Assembly: GCA_049115495.1 (NCBI GenBank)
Contig: JAGDZV010000001.1
Span: forward strand, 370,947-434,946
DNA from: Bacteroidia bacterium
GTDB taxonomy: Bacteria > Bacteroidota > Bacteroidia > CAILMK01 > JACPUW01
Length of the DNA: 64,000 bases
Reading direction: 5' to 3'
Below the pieces are notes generated by a model, which was not told where the DNA came from, did not search any database, and saw only the letters and a list, made by a program, of their open reading frames with translations. Both the position numbers and the translations under genes were made by a program. This document shows positions 9,661 through 20,057 of the stretch, one piece after another. Position 1 is the stretch's first letter; each line of letters begins with the position of its first letter.

Positions 9661-9777
9661 TTACAAATACATCAATTACAAAAGTTATTAGAACATACGA
9701 TTGTAAATTTATTACAACTATTGACTTGACAAGCACAAGCTCAAAAAGTTTATATAATCGTAGAAATTTAATGTTAT

Positions 9778-10776
9778 CTAATTGCCTTTTATCCTTTCAA
9801 AAAGCTCTTTTATAAGTTTTTTACCGTCTCTTGATGATTTTTCTACTTCGGTGAACACTATCATCCCTTCTTTATCCTTTGTAATTTCATACTTAAACAC
9901 AAAATCTTGAGAGCCAGCTTGCATACTTAATAAACCAAATCTCAAATCATTAAAAAATAGCTTCTCCCCTTCTTGGCTTATGCTATACCAGCCTTTTGAT
10001 ATATGAATCATCCTTTTTACACGTTCATTATCTATTATATCCTTAATTAAGTGATGGTTCTTATCATATGCGGTCCAGCTTACAGGCTTGCTGTCAAAAA
10101 AAGAGTAGTTCCCAAGCAAGTAGGCATCTTTGGTATCAATATTTGCACTCCAAAGTATAGTATTTAATGGAGCGGGGCGCGTATCAATTTCGGCATATGT
10201 TATTCCTTCACTTTTTAATGAATCTTTAAAGTATGATAAGGTGGTAAACTTCAGAACTACAGTAAGCAGTAGATATGATGAGCTAATAATTAAACCCCAA
10301 TTATTGTATTTTCTTCTTTTTACGTCAGTGCGATGCCTAAGCATGGCTAAAATCAAGAAAATTAAAAACGGAAAGGTATAAAGCGGGTCAATTACGAATA
10401 TTGTTTTAAAAGCCAATCTTAAATCAAAAGGCCAAAAAAGTTGGGTTCCCCATGTGGTATGAGCATCAAGCAATGGATGCGTTATAAATGCAAGAAAAAA
10501 CAGCCATGTCCAGCCTTTAATATCTTTATACTTCTCATATTTACTTACCAACCAAGCTAATAAAGGAGAAAACACCATTGCAAACAAAATTGAATGGGTA
10601 AAACCTCTATGCATATGCAAAGCCATAGTAGTATCTGTAAAGTTCGAAGCCAAAACATCTAAATCAGGAATTGTACCTGCAATAGCCCCATAAAGCATTG
10701 CCTTGTTCCCTAACTTTTTGCCTAACGCAACTTCTCCGCATGCTGCCCCTAGAACTATTTGGGTAAGTGAATCCAT
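9778..10776 (-). CDS. Membrane-bound metal-dependent hydrolase (DUF457/YdjM-like) with an extra C-terminal domain.
   Basis: N-terminal MDSLTQIVLGAACGE...IPDLD...HRGFTHS is typical of the DUF457 inner-membrane hydrolase family. It has several TM segments and then a ~150-aa soluble C-terminal extension. Confidence 0.55.
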   Translation of the reverse strand: MDSLTQIVLGAACGEVALGKKLGNKAMLYGAIAGTIPDLDVLASNFTDTTMALHMHRGFTHSILFAMVFSPLLAWLVSKYEKYKDIKGWTWLFFLAFITHPLLDAHTTWGTQLFWPFDLRLAFKTIFVIDPLYTFPFLIFLILAMLRHRTDVKRRKYNNWGLIISSSYLLLTVVLKFTTLSYFKDSLKSEGITYAEIDTRPAPLNTILWSANIDTKDAYLLGNYSFFDSKPVSWTAYDKNHHLIKDIIDNERVKRMIHISKGWYSISQEGEKLFFNDLRFGLLSMQAGSQDFVFKYEITKDKEGMIVFTEVEKSSRDGKKLIKELFERIKGN

Positions 10777-11004
10777 AATATTTAACGAAGTTCTGCATTT
10801 AATTAAAAGTGCATAGGAGGTAGCCCTGTCTTTTACCGGGTACCTTCATATTCACTTTGCCAAAGTTTTCTATCTAAAAATCACACATAAAAGCTAAAAA
10901 TTCCAATCATCTCATTGAGCCTATTTTGGCTAAACGGAGTGTTGAAAGAGAATAATTCCCAAATGATGGTATGGCCTTGAAGCCTCAGCTAAGTTAGAAG
11001 CTCT

Positions 11005-14000
11005 CTATGGATGGCCGGTTTGGCAAGAGCATCCCGGCTGCATAAAGCCTTGTGAGCTTTCATGCCACGGAAAAGCCTGATTATAAGCATTGGTTTCCCA
11101 ATAGAATGGCTCCCGCTCTTTGCTGTAATTGCCTATTTCATTCATTGTTTCTGTATCGTAAAGCCTACCATTAATCATGGTGTAAACAATACTTTCAGTG
11201 TTTCTAATATCTTCCAATGGGTTTTCGTCCATAATGATTAGATCGGCAAGTTTTCCTTCTTTTAATGAACCGATATCTTTACTCATGCCAATATAGTCTG
11301 CACCGTTAAGTGTGGCTGCTCTAAGGGCTTCAAGGTTGGTCATTCCGCCCTGTTGTAAGCTCCATAGCTCCCAATGAGCACCAAGACCTTGTAGCTGTCC
11401 GTGTGCGCCAAGGTTAACTTTTACACCGGCATCAGCTAGCTTTTTACAAGATTCCGAAACAAGAATGTGTCCATTCTCATATTCTTCTTGCGGCACCATG
11501 GTTCTATGTCGGCTTCGTGAATCAATGATTCCGCGCGGATAGAATTTCAGAAGCTTTTCGTTTTCCCAAACATTGGTGTTTTGATACCAGTAGTATTCGG
11601 AATTTAAACCACCGTAGTTAACAATTAGTGTTGGTGTGTAACCGGTATTGCTAGCACTCCAAAGCTCAATAATATCCTTATAAACAGGCGCAACAGGAAT
11701 GTTATGCTCTACTCCAGTGTGGCCATCAATAATCATGGTCATGTTGTGAAAGAAAGTAGAGCCACCTTCAGGCACCACAAAAATGCCTTCTTCTTTGGCA
11801 GCTTGAATCACCATTTGGCGTTGATCTCGGCGGGGTTGGTTGTAGCTTTTTACTGATAGCGCACCAAAAGCTTTGGTTCTTCTAATTGAAGAACGTGCAT
11901 CATCAATATTATTTACAACGGCTTTAATATCAGACTCTGCTCCGTATAAAATGAACCCTGTTGAGAACAAACGCGGGCCTACCAAACCACCTGATTTTTG
12001 CAATTCGCTCAGCGCAAAAACGGTTTCTGTGTTTGCTGAAGGATCATGTGCCGTGGTAACACCATAGGCCAAGTTGGCGTAATACTGCCAGTGCTTTTGG
12101 GTAGTTAAACCATGTCTAAATGCACCTATATGGGCGTGAACATCAACTATTCCCGGCATTATAGTTTTACCGCTCACATCAATTGTAAACGCGCCAACTG
12201 GCACAGGCACTTCTCCATTTTTACCAACGGCTTCTATCCTATTATCTTTAATAACAATGGCTCCATTTTCAATCACTTCATTGCCTTCCATGGTTATAAT
12301 TCTTGCGCCATACAAAACGGTATAGCCGTCGGGCTTATCGGCTTTTGCCACTAAACCAATCTTTAGGCCTTCTTTTTCGGGTAATGGTGCTTCTTTTGGT
12401 CCGTTTTCTAAAAAGGTGAAACGGTCTTCAATATCTACTGAGAAATATTCGTTTCCAAGTGTCCACATTAGGGTTTCGCTATTGGTGCTCCAATGCAAGT
12501 TTGTACCTGCATCAAGCGCCACCTGTGCTACAGGAATTGATTTTGATTTGTCGCTAAGGTCCAAATTCTGTCCGCTTGGCGGAATTGGGGCGATGTACAC
12601 CTTATGCAAATGCGTAAAGGCAATCCATTTGTTATCAGGGCTTGGTAACAGTCGGTTGGCATACTTTGAAGTGATGTGAACTCTCTCGTCAAGACCATCA
12701 AAATTTATGCTTTTTAGCTGCTTGGTTAGGCTGCCAAAATAATGACCACCAGTTTGAATGTATAACCTTGAATCATCTTGATTAAACATTGGATATTGCC
12801 CCTGTTCGCCAACTTTCTTTACCTCTCCTCCATTGGCATTCATTTTATAAATACCAGGATTTTTTGAGTAGGCATGGCCTTGATCATTATTGCCACCTTC
12901 TTTTTGGTAAACAATTGATAGGGCATTATTACTGAATCTTGGTGTTCTGTAAATGCCTTTTTCTCTCGTAAGCTTCACTTGGTTGGTGCCATCCAAATTC
13001 ATTTTCCATATAGCCCCAAGCTCTTTATCATTCCAAGTAACAAATACTATTTGTTTGCCATTAGGCGAGAATGATGGTTCAAACTCAAAGTCAGAAAAAT
13101 CAGTGATTCTTTTTGGCGTTCCTTTGGGCAAGGCTTTGATGTAAAGGTGTCCTAAGGCGCTAAATACCAAAGACTTTCCATCAGGAGAAGTTTGAGCATG
13201 GCGTATCACTTTTACATCAAATTCGTCAGTGTAAGCTGGATTCTCAAACTCCAAGGCTTTGGCAATTTTCAAATTAACATCAACTTCAAAAGGTATAATT
13301 GCTGATTCTAAAGTTTTGATATTTAGTTTATTGATTTTACCACCTGCCCAAAACACTAAATGCTTATTATCAGGCAACCACTGAAAATTGGTGTAAACGC
13401 CAAACAAACACCAAGCTTCCATTTGGTCTTTGTTAAGCTTGTCATAAACCGGATATTCTAAGCCTGATTCTAATTCATGGATATAAAGTACTGACTTTGT
13501 TCTTACCCTTTTTACAAAAGCCAACAACTTACCGTCAGGAGAAATTTGCGGTCGAGCCGCACCACCAGGTCCACCAGTTATGGTTTTGATTTCACCCGTT
13601 TCAAATTCATATCGCTTAATCACATAGATTTGGCTATTGGGGTCTTTGTTGTATTGAAAATAACCACCAGGATACATGTCTTCGCAGTAATACATGTATT
13701 TTCCATCCTTACTCACAACAGGCTCATTTACGTCTTGCTGATCGTTTTTGCGTTTGGTTAACTGAACACCAGAGCCTCCAGTAATATGGTACATCCACAT
13801 TTCCCCAGCACCCAATGACCTACCAGAAGTAAAGTGTTTTCTGGCGACTAAATAATCCCCATTGGGCATCCAACAGGCATTATTTAGCAGCCTAAAGTTT
13901 TCTTTTGTTACCTGTTTGGCGTTTTTACCATTGGCATCCATCACCCAAACGTTATCTCCACCGCCAGCATCACTTGTAAATGAAATTTTGCTTCCATCAG

Positions 14001-14310
14001 GGCTGAATCGTGGTTGAATTTCAAATGGAATTCCACCTCTAAGCACTTTTGCCTTACCGCCAGTAATTGGTATAGTATAAATATCACCCACCATGTCAAA
14101 AACTATGGTCTTTCCATCAGGACTTACATCTAGGTTCATCCAAGTACCTTCATCTGTAGTAAAACTCAAGTCATCATACCCCATATCTCCTGGAGGGTTA
14201 CTTACCTCCCATTTTGATTTTTCTGATGATTTTTTGCTTTTGCTAGAATATGTGAAGGCCATTGCCAAGGCCAAAATAGCCGTAGCAATGAAGTAAAGCG
14301 CTTTGTTCAT
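11005..14310 (-). CDS. Large periplasmic protein with N-terminal TolB-like WD40/PD40 beta-propeller repeats and a C-terminal amidohydrolase (metal-dependent hydrolase) domain.
   Basis: Signal peptide MNKALYFIATAILALAMAF; the longer ORF start is 14364. Repeated SPDGK.../FSPDG... PD40 motifs run through the first ~700 aa. The C-terminus carries PGIVDVHAHIG (amidohydrolase HxH metal site) and later HG...GAH. Confidence 0.7.
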   Translation of the reverse strand: MNKALYFIATAILALAMAFTYSSKSKKSSEKSKWEVSNPPGDMGYDDLSFTTDEGTWMNLDVSPDGKTIVFDMVGDIYTIPITGGKAKVLRGGIPFEIQPRFSPDGSKISFTSDAGGGDNVWVMDANGKNAKQVTKENFRLLNNACWMPNGDYLVARKHFTSGRSLGAGEMWMYHITGGSGVQLTKRKNDQQDVNEPVVSKDGKYMYYCEDMYPGGYFQYNKDPNSQIYVIKRYEFETGEIKTITGGPGGAARPQISPDGKLLAFVKRVRTKSVLYIHELESGLEYPVYDKLNKDQMEAWCLFGVYTNFQWLPDNKHLVFWAGGKINKLNIKTLESAIIPFEVDVNLKIAKALEFENPAYTDEFDVKVIRHAQTSPDGKSLVFSALGHLYIKALPKGTPKRITDFSDFEFEPSFSPNGKQIVFVTWNDKELGAIWKMNLDGTNQVKLTREKGIYRTPRFSNNALSIVYQKEGGNNDQGHAYSKNPGIYKMNANGGEVKKVGEQGQYPMFNQDDSRLYIQTGGHYFGSLTKQLKSINFDGLDERVHITSKYANRLLPSPDNKWIAFTHLHKVYIAPIPPSGQNLDLSDKSKSIPVAQVALDAGTNLHWSTNSETLMWTLGNEYFSVDIEDRFTFLENGPKEAPLPEKEGLKIGLVAKADKPDGYTVLYGARIITMEGNEVIENGAIVIKDNRIEAVGKNGEVPVPVGAFTIDVSGKTIMPGIVDVHAHIGAFRHGLTTQKHWQYYANLAYGVTTAHDPSANTETVFALSELQKSGGLVGPRLFSTGFILYGAESDIKAVVNNIDDARSSIRRTKAFGALSVKSYNQPRRDQRQMVIQAAKEEGIFVVPEGGSTFFHNMTMIIDGHTGVEHNIPVAPVYKDIIELWSASNTGYTPTLIVNYGGLNSEYYWYQNTNVWENEKLLKFYPRGIIDSRSRHRTMVPQEEYENGHILVSESCKKLADAGVKVNLGAHGQLQGLGAHWELWSLQQGGMTNLEALRAATLNGADYIGMSKDIGSLKEGKLADLIIMDENPLEDIRNTESIVYTMINGRLYDTETMNEIGNYSKEREPFYWETNAYNQAFPWHESSQGFMQPGCSCQTGHP

Positions 14311-14486
14311 GTTTGCGAATTTATGGCTTCGACTTCGCTCAGCCACCAATTCGATCCGCTTCAATCCAATCTGACTTCAACTGATGTTCTTACATGCTAT
14401 CTTAAGCACTGAGAATGCAAACGACCTAAAACGTGACAAACAATTATCTACCTCAAAAGATAGGATTCTGAGCATAGCCAAACTGA

Positions 14487-14801
14487 TTATTTGGCTTTAA
14501 TGTTCTTAAAGTGACTTTCGTTTTGGCATTCAGCAAGTTTATGAAGTGCATCGAAGTCTTTCCCAACAAGGGCTTCTTTTTTTGCTCTAGACCAACCTTG
14601 AACTTGCTTTTCTTTTTTGAAAGCATCTTGTACCCGCTCAAATTCTTTAACATACACAAGTTTCAATGGCAGGTTGTTTTTCGTGAAGTTTGCATCCACA
14701 CCCGATTCGCGCTCAGCGATCCGCCTTATCAGATTATTAGTACTCCCAGTATAATATTGGTCATTTGCAGATGGCAAAATATACATCCACCCTTTTCTCA
14801 T
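14487..14801 (-). CDS. Small GIY-YIG nuclease-family protein.
   Basis: WMYILPSANDQYYTGSTNNLIRRIAEH-like block (GIY...YIG with the conserved R and E). It is ~100 aa, typical of the stand-alone GIY-YIG proteins common in Bacteroidetes. Confidence 0.7.
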   Translation of the reverse strand: MRKGWMYILPSANDQYYTGSTNNLIRRIAERESGVDANFTKNNLPLKLVYVKEFERVQDAFKKEKQVQGWSRAKKEALVGKDFDALHKLAECQNESHFKNIKAK

Positions 14802-14854
14802 ATTCCAAAAATAGACTTGAAATAAAATTCGATGGTAATCGAGCGCAGTCGAGA

Positions 14855-16894
14855 TTAATTATAAAACCTCCAAGCCACTCCCATTCTTAATGCTCTTGGG
14901 GCCATTGGATAGTTGGGTAGCATTTCATATTGATAGCCCCAAAAGCCATCGTTGACATGTGTGAACTTTAAAAAGCCATTGAATTTTTTGACATTGGCCG
15001 TTATGTAAACATCAAGCCAAGGATAACCACCCACCGTTTTTTCTTGCTGAACGTGAAAAACACCCAAACCAGGCATGTAATTTAATCCCCTGTAGGCGCT
15101 GTAATACCAAGCTCTAAAGCCAATTCTTAAGTTTAGAACTTCTTTAAACATTGGCGTTTGGAAATACCAATTTATTCGGGCTAAAATCTCGGGGACCTGA
15201 TATGGGGAATCATCATTTATTTGTTGCCAAGATATTTCATTTTCAAAATGCCATTTTCTTAGATGAAGATTTTTCTTGATTTTAACTTGAAAGTAATTGA
15301 TCCCAATTTCGCTCTGAAATGGTTGAGCAATGGTATCAAAGTATATGAAATTGTCGCTCCTATTTGCTGTAACTGTAATTGAAGTATTCTCTCCATAACT
15401 TAAAGTTGCCCCAAGAGAATTATTAAACTCCTTTCTAAAATCATTATTCCAACGGGAATGAGTACTCACATAAACGTTTTGAGTAAACATAGGTGAAACC
15501 GCCTGGGTTCTTAAAAATGGGGAAAGCACTAGTTTTTTAAACAATACCTGTCTTACTTGTAAGTCCGCATTATAGTCGCTAAACTGAGCTCCAAGAGCTA
15601 CGTAATTTATATGACCTTTAAAATGAGTTACTGGAGTTAATGACTTACTCAAGTTTCCGAAAAGATGCAAGTTTCCATACCCCCAACACTTAATTAAATC
15701 TTCAGGGGGTTGAAAAGTGAGTCGTTCAAGACCCCAAAAACCAGCTCTACCTAATCTAAAATCTACACCTCCATAGAATACTTGCTCGGCGTAAGGCTTT
15801 GCAATGTTGTTAGAGTCACCTTCTAATATCTCTCTTTTATTTAAAAAGAGACCAAAGCCAATTTCATTACTTAATTCTCTGTGCTCAATATTTTCAAGCA
15901 ATTCACCATCAATAAATGAATAGTTGTTTCTAAAAAAACCTACATCTGATGTGTTAAATTTTGAGCTATTTCTAGTGTACGTAAGCTTATGTGATATATA
16001 GGCCCTAGGAACATAGCGGGTCGATTTGCCAAAATCTTCAATTTCAAAAGAGTCTTCCTGACCTAAATAAAGAAACTGTCTTATCCCGTATTCTACATTC
16101 TTTACGAGATAGTTGGCATCTAAAAAATTGTTTTGGCTTGTTCTTGCAATTAAAGTTTGAAAACCTGGTGCTCCAAAAAACTCTAAGTTGTCAATTCCGC
16201 CGTTTTCGTTTAGATCAGAAGTATTGAAAATACTGTAAGCCAGTAGCCGATAATTTCCTTTTTCATTTTGATATTTTGAATGAAAAGCAACATTTGTAAG
16301 CCTATTGGCTTCTTGCTCATAAAAACCTGTAGATTTTAGACTACGATATGTAATGGCAATATTCCATTGTTCAGAAATACTCTGACTATGAAATAAGTCT
16401 AGCTTTTGAAGTTCGCCATCGCCTTGTACATATTTAAATTGACTGTATGGGGTATAAGAATCGTAATATCTAAGTTGGTCCGATTTGATATTGTATTGCT
16501 CGTGAGCTCTTAAGCCTAGTGTAAACCCTGGCTTCCTAATAGGCTCAAATTCAAGATTGAATGCAGCGCTTCCGTAATTATTGATTCGTTGAAAATATCT
16601 TCCTTCTTTGATATTATCATCTATCAAATCAAAATTATTTAATGTAGTATCGATGAGCGAAAACTTTGCAGGCTTAAACAAAAAAGAGTCTTCTAAAGCA
16701 AACACAGTACGTATAGCAAACTGTTTAACCAAACCTTGATCTGTAAGCTTTTTGGTAGTATCGTTTTTCTCTGCACCCAGCTGTTCGAACTGCCCAAAAG
16801 CCGCTACGGGCAGAAATATTGATATGTAAACAAATATGTTTTTTAACACAGGAGGGTTATCTGAAAAAAATGTGCCGCAAAGAAAACAAAGCAA
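14855..16894 (-). CDS. Hypothetical large outer-membrane (beta-barrel-like) protein.
   Basis: A signal-peptide-like segment (NIFVYISIFLPVAAFGQ) follows an alternative GTG/TTG start near the N-terminus. The composition is very aromatic- and Gly-rich with amphipathic beta-strand character, and it ends WRFYN. I do not recognise a family. Confidence 0.4.
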   Translation of the reverse strand: MLCFLCGTFFSDNPPVLKNIFVYISIFLPVAAFGQFEQLGAEKNDTTKKLTDQGLVKQFAIRTVFALEDSFLFKPAKFSLIDTTLNNFDLIDDNIKEGRYFQRINNYGSAAFNLEFEPIRKPGFTLGLRAHEQYNIKSDQLRYYDSYTPYSQFKYVQGDGELQKLDLFHSQSISEQWNIAITYRSLKSTGFYEQEANRLTNVAFHSKYQNEKGNYRLLAYSIFNTSDLNENGGIDNLEFFGAPGFQTLIARTSQNNFLDANYLVKNVEYGIRQFLYLGQEDSFEIEDFGKSTRYVPRAYISHKLTYTRNSSKFNTSDVGFFRNNYSFIDGELLENIEHRELSNEIGFGLFLNKREILEGDSNNIAKPYAEQVFYGGVDFRLGRAGFWGLERLTFQPPEDLIKCWGYGNLHLFGNLSKSLTPVTHFKGHINYVALGAQFSDYNADLQVRQVLFKKLVLSPFLRTQAVSPMFTQNVYVSTHSRWNNDFRKEFNNSLGATLSYGENTSITVTANRSDNFIYFDTIAQPFQSEIGINYFQVKIKKNLHLRKWHFENEISWQQINDDSPYQVPEILARINWYFQTPMFKEVLNLRIGFRAWYYSAYRGLNYMPGLGVFHVQQEKTVGGYPWLDVYITANVKKFNGFLKFTHVNDGFWGYQYEMLPNYPMAPRALRMGVAWRFYN

Positions 16895-16915
16895 AATCTA
16901 TTTGAAACCTAGTTT

Positions 16916-17206
16916 TTAAAGCACCTTTAAATCTTTAACTACTTCTTCGCCCAACTCCTTGTTTAAATGAGCAATCATTTTAGTTTTCATCATTTGCACT
17001 TCTTGCTTCAGAGGAGAAGAATCGAATTTTACATGCAATACGCCATCACGTAAATAAATATCGCGGGTGTGTTTGGCAATCATAGGCCCTACCAATTTGC
17101 TCCACTCATTTATTATATCGAGCGTTTTCATTTTGTTCTTGAGTTTGTAAGTATCAAGCAATTGATTAATAGCCTCTTTAAGGGTAACTTGATTGTCTTT
17201 ATACAC
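16916..17206 (-). CDS. DUF721 (DciA-like) small protein.
   Basis: ~96 aa. The pattern ...EWSKLVGPMIAKHTRDIYLRDGVLHVKFDSSPLKQEVQMMKTKMIAHLNKELGEEVV matches the DUF721 consensus (GxxIAxHT...L.V.V.SS.W.QEL...K..I...LN). Confidence 0.65.
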   Translation of the reverse strand: MYKDNQVTLKEAINQLLDTYKLKNKMKTLDIINEWSKLVGPMIAKHTRDIYLRDGVLHVKFDSSPLKQEVQMMKTKMIAHLNKELGEEVVKDLKVL

Positions 17207-17363
17207 TAGCGTTTTGCATTCTATGATTGAGTGCCAAAGTTAAGTTGAATAACAGGTAATACTTATGAAAGATTTTCAATTAAAAGCCAAATGAGCCATA
17301 GCCCTTAGTTATGAATTGGCTTACTTTTGCAAGCAAATTTTAAAAACCAGAAATCAAGTCAAA

Positions 17364-18245
17364 ATGAGTGTATTGGTAAATAAAGACTCTAAAGTTGTAG
17401 TTCAAGGCTTTACAGGTAAAGAAGGTACTTTCCATTCAGAACAAATGATTGCTTATGGAACCAATGTAGTTGGTGGAGTAACTCCAGGAAAAGGCGGCCA
17501 AACTCACCTTGACAAACCGGTTTTTAATACAGTTGCTGATGCGGTTAACCAAGCTGGAGCAAATGTTTCAATCATTTTTGTACCGCCTGCATTTGGTGCC
17601 GATGCCATTATGGAAGCTGCTGATGCTGGAATAGAAACCATTATTTGCATTACAGAAGGTATTCCGGTAAAAGACATGATATACGCCAAAGATTACATAA
17701 CCAGTAAAGGTGCAAGACTTGTCGGACCTAACTGCCCAGGTGTAATTACCCCAGGCGAAGCTAAAGTTGGAATAATGCCAGGTTTTGTTTTTAAAGCAGG
17801 AAGAATTGGTATTGTTTCAAAATCAGGTACGCTTACTTATGAAGCAGCTGACCAAGTTGTTAAAGCGGGCTTGGGTGTTTCTACGGCAATTGGTATTGGT
17901 GGAGACCCAATAATTGGCACATCAACCAAAGACGCAGTTGAACTTTTAATGAATGACCCTGAAACCGACGGGATTGTTATGATTGGTGAGATTGGTGGTA
18001 ACTACGAAGCCGTTGCCTCAAGATGGATTAAAGACCAAGGTAACCCAAAACCAGTAGTTGGTTTTATTGCAGGACAAACTGCCCCGAAAGGAAAACGTAT
18101 GGGACATGCAGGAGCCATAATTGGTGGTGCAGAAGATACTGCAGAAGCTAAAAAGGCAATAATGGCAGAATGCGGAATTATGGTAGTTGAAAGCCCTGCA
18201 GATATTGGCAATACCATTGTTAAAGCCATGGAAGCAATAGCATAA
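17364..18245 (+). CDS. sucD: Succinate--CoA ligase (ADP-forming) alpha subunit.
   Basis: [45 protein letters not shown] is near-identical in pattern to E. coli SucD ([45 protein letters not shown]). The start was chosen by that alignment; the ORF extends upstream to 17316. Confidence 0.9.
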   Translation: MSVLVNKDSKVVVQGFTGKEGTFHSEQMIAYGTNVVGGVTPGKGGQTHLDKPVFNTVADAVNQAGANVSIIFVPPAFGADAIMEAADAGIETIICITEGIPVKDMIYAKDYITSKGARLVGPNCPGVITPGEAKVGIMPGFVFKAGRIGIVSKSGTLTYEAADQVVKAGLGVSTAIGIGGDPIIGTSTKDAVELLMNDPETDGIVMIGEIGGNYEAVASRWIKDQGNPKPVVGFIAGQTAPKGKRMGHAGAIIGGAEDTAEAKKAIMAECGIMVVESPADIGNTIVKAMEAIA

Positions 18246-18282
18246 TTGACAATAAGAGTTCAGAATTTCGAAACTCATAAAA

Positions 18283-18318
18283 TAAAAATCCCGATTTCAA
18301 ACGAAATCGGGATTTTTC
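18283..18318. terminator. Bidirectional intrinsic terminator with an 11-bp perfect stem (ATCCCGATTTC/GAAATCGGGAT), a 4-nt loop, and an A-run/T-run on either side.
   Basis: AAAAATCCCGATTTCAAACGAAATCGGGATTTTT lies between the 3' ends of sucD (+) and crtZ (-). Confidence 0.55.
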
Positions 18319-18337
18319 GTATTTAGGTATGAAATGA

Positions 18338-18793
18338 TTATTTAATTAAGTGCCTGTATCGCTTGCCGGCATAAAGAAAGCCAAAAGCTTCGCCACCTTC
18401 TCTCCCAATGTTTTTGTGATGTTCTTTGTGTACACGTATTATTTTACGCATGTATCTACTATTGAATTTCCAATTATGCCTATATCGTTTGTGTACAATT
18501 ACATCATGAAAAACAAAATATGCAATACCATAAGCAACCACACCAAGGCCAAGGTAAAATAGTGGCCATAGGGTTTCAATTAATGAACCTATAACTACAA
18601 GCCCCATTGAAAAGAAGCTAAAAAAAACACTAAATAGATCGTTTTTTTCAAAAAATCCTTTGGGTTTGTTATGGTGATCTTGATGCCAGTTCCACATAAC
18701 ACCGTGCATTATGTATTTATGAGTAAGCCAGGCTACGCCTTCCATACCTAAAAAGGCTACCAAGATTAAAAATATGCCTATAACGATTTGCAT
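18338..18793 (-). CDS. crtZ: Beta-carotene 3-hydroxylase (non-heme di-iron, CrtZ type).
   Basis: HKYIMHG...WHQDHH...HDVIVHKR...HKEHH histidine boxes. GFLYAGKRY aligns with Pantoea CrtZ (AHKYIMHGWGWGWH..HH... FGFLYAPP). Length is 151 aa. Confidence 0.85.
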   Translation of the reverse strand: MQIVIGIFLILVAFLGMEGVAWLTHKYIMHGVMWNWHQDHHNKPKGFFEKNDLFSVFFSFFSMGLVVIGSLIETLWPLFYLGLGVVAYGIAYFVFHDVIVHKRYRHNWKFNSRYMRKIIRVHKEHHKNIGREGGEAFGFLYAGKRYRHLIK

Positions 18794-19350
18794 TATAGCT
18801 GCGATGTAATTTTATCGCTCATTGGATTTACAGAACTTGAAAATGCTTCAACATAATTTCCATTCTCATCAATAAGGTATTTATGGAAATTCCATTTTAC
18901 TGAAGAATTCTCTTTTCCGTTCAACTCTTGGCTAGTAAGCCATTTGTAAATGGGGTGTTGTTCTTTTCCTTTTACATCAATTTTCTCAGTTAATTGAAAA
19001 GTTACACCAAAGTTCTTTTCGCAAAATGCCTTAATCTCGGTTTCTGTTCCAGGTTCCTGTCCTCCAAATTGATTACAAGGAAAACCAATTATGGTAACCT
19101 TCTCTCCGAATTTTTCGTGTAGCTCTTGTAAGTCTTTATACTGCTTGGTAAAGCCGCACTCTGAAGCCACATTAACAAGAAGCAACTTTTTACCCTTGTA
19201 TTCTGAAAGTTTCAATTCTTCACCATCTATTGACCCAATGGTGTAATCATAAATATTGCTACTCATTTTTTCTTTAAATTCTGGATTGATTGAAAATGCA
19301 GATATCAGCGTTACAGCTGCTATTGCGATAGCTATAGTTATTTTATTCAT
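18793..19350 (-). CDS. Glutathione peroxidase (thiol peroxidase, GPx family) with an N-terminal signal or anchor segment.
   Basis: LLLVNVASECGFTKQYKDLQELHEKF...IIGFPCNQFGGQEPG are canonical GPx motifs; the catalytic Cys is in VASECG and FPCNQF is present. Its stop overlaps the crtZ start (TAATG) and its start overlaps the crtYcd stop (ATGA). Confidence 0.85.
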   Translation of the reverse strand: MNKITIAIAIAAVTLISAFSINPEFKEKMSSNIYDYTIGSIDGEELKLSEYKGKKLLLVNVASECGFTKQYKDLQELHEKFGEKVTIIGFPCNQFGGQEPGTETEIKAFCEKNFGVTFQLTEKIDVKGKEQHPIYKWLTSQELNGKENSSVKWNFHKYLIDENGNYVEAFSSSVNPMSDKITSQL

Positions 19351-20051
19351 TTGGTTATTTTCTTAATTACAAATTTCTTTTTTCGTATCCACTCTAGAAT
19401 AATTACGTTCATCAAAATAAGTAACATACCATACCAAATATCTTCAAAAGGTATAGTTGTAACTCTAAAGCCCAAGTTTTGCTCATTGTTATACATTACA
19501 ACCGGCTTTGCAGTAAGCACACCATTTACCAACATAAACGGAAAAATTGCAATTCCATATGTTGGATAAAAATAGTGTTCAATTTCGTGCTTGAACATAA
19601 TTCTCTGAACAATAAGAAATGTTGCCAATAACGAAAATGTAATTGCGGTGTAAGCTTTTTCGTAGTTGAATAATGCTGCCAAGATTAGTAGTGCCGAACC
19701 TCCGTAAGTTAGCACATTTAGCAATCTAATATTCAATTTAATATTAAACCATCCCCTAAGGCATTCGTATATAAAAACGCATGCATACGGTATAGTTATA
19801 AAAAAGAGCCACTCTTCAAGTGGCAAATTAATAAGATCTACACCCAATAAATAGGTTGGATTAAACCCCCAAACACCATTTTTAGTAAACCATACATCCC
19901 AAACAATAAAAAAGGCACCTACAATAAAAATGGCAATAAACAAATATTTCCAATTTTTATAAAAGGCCACCTTCTTATCGAAAGAAAGCACCAAGGGGAA
20001 AAACATGGTGCCAATGTTAAGTAAAAGGTAGGTATTGGGGCCGTCAAGCAT
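19347..20051 (-). CDS. crtYcd: Lycopene cyclase domain protein (fused heterodimeric CrtYcd-type lycopene beta-cyclase).
   Basis: ~234-aa polytopic membrane protein. It has two repeated halves, each with PLEEW/ PFEDIWY-type motifs (NLPLEEWLFFITIPYACV ... TIPFEDIWYGMLLIL), which characterise the lycopene_cycl_domain family (TIGR03462). Confidence 0.65.
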   Translation of the reverse strand: MLDGPNTYLLLNIGTMFFPLVLSFDKKVAFYKNWKYLFIAIFIVGAFFIVWDVWFTKNGVWGFNPTYLLGVDLINLPLEEWLFFITIPYACVFIYECLRGWFNIKLNIRLLNVLTYGGSALLILAALFNYEKAYTAITFSLLATFLIVQRIMFKHEIEHYFYPTYGIAIFPFMLVNGVLTAKPVVMYNNEQNLGFRVTTIPFEDIWYGMLLILMNVIILEWIRKKKFVIKKITK

Positions 20052-20057
20052 TATGCA

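Noticed and set aside
14453-14825. ORFs 14453-14659 (-) and 14511-14825 (+) overlapping the GIY-YIG gene.
   Set aside because: They are alternative-frame or antisense artefacts. Only the 14487-14801 frame gives a recognisable GIY-YIG motif.
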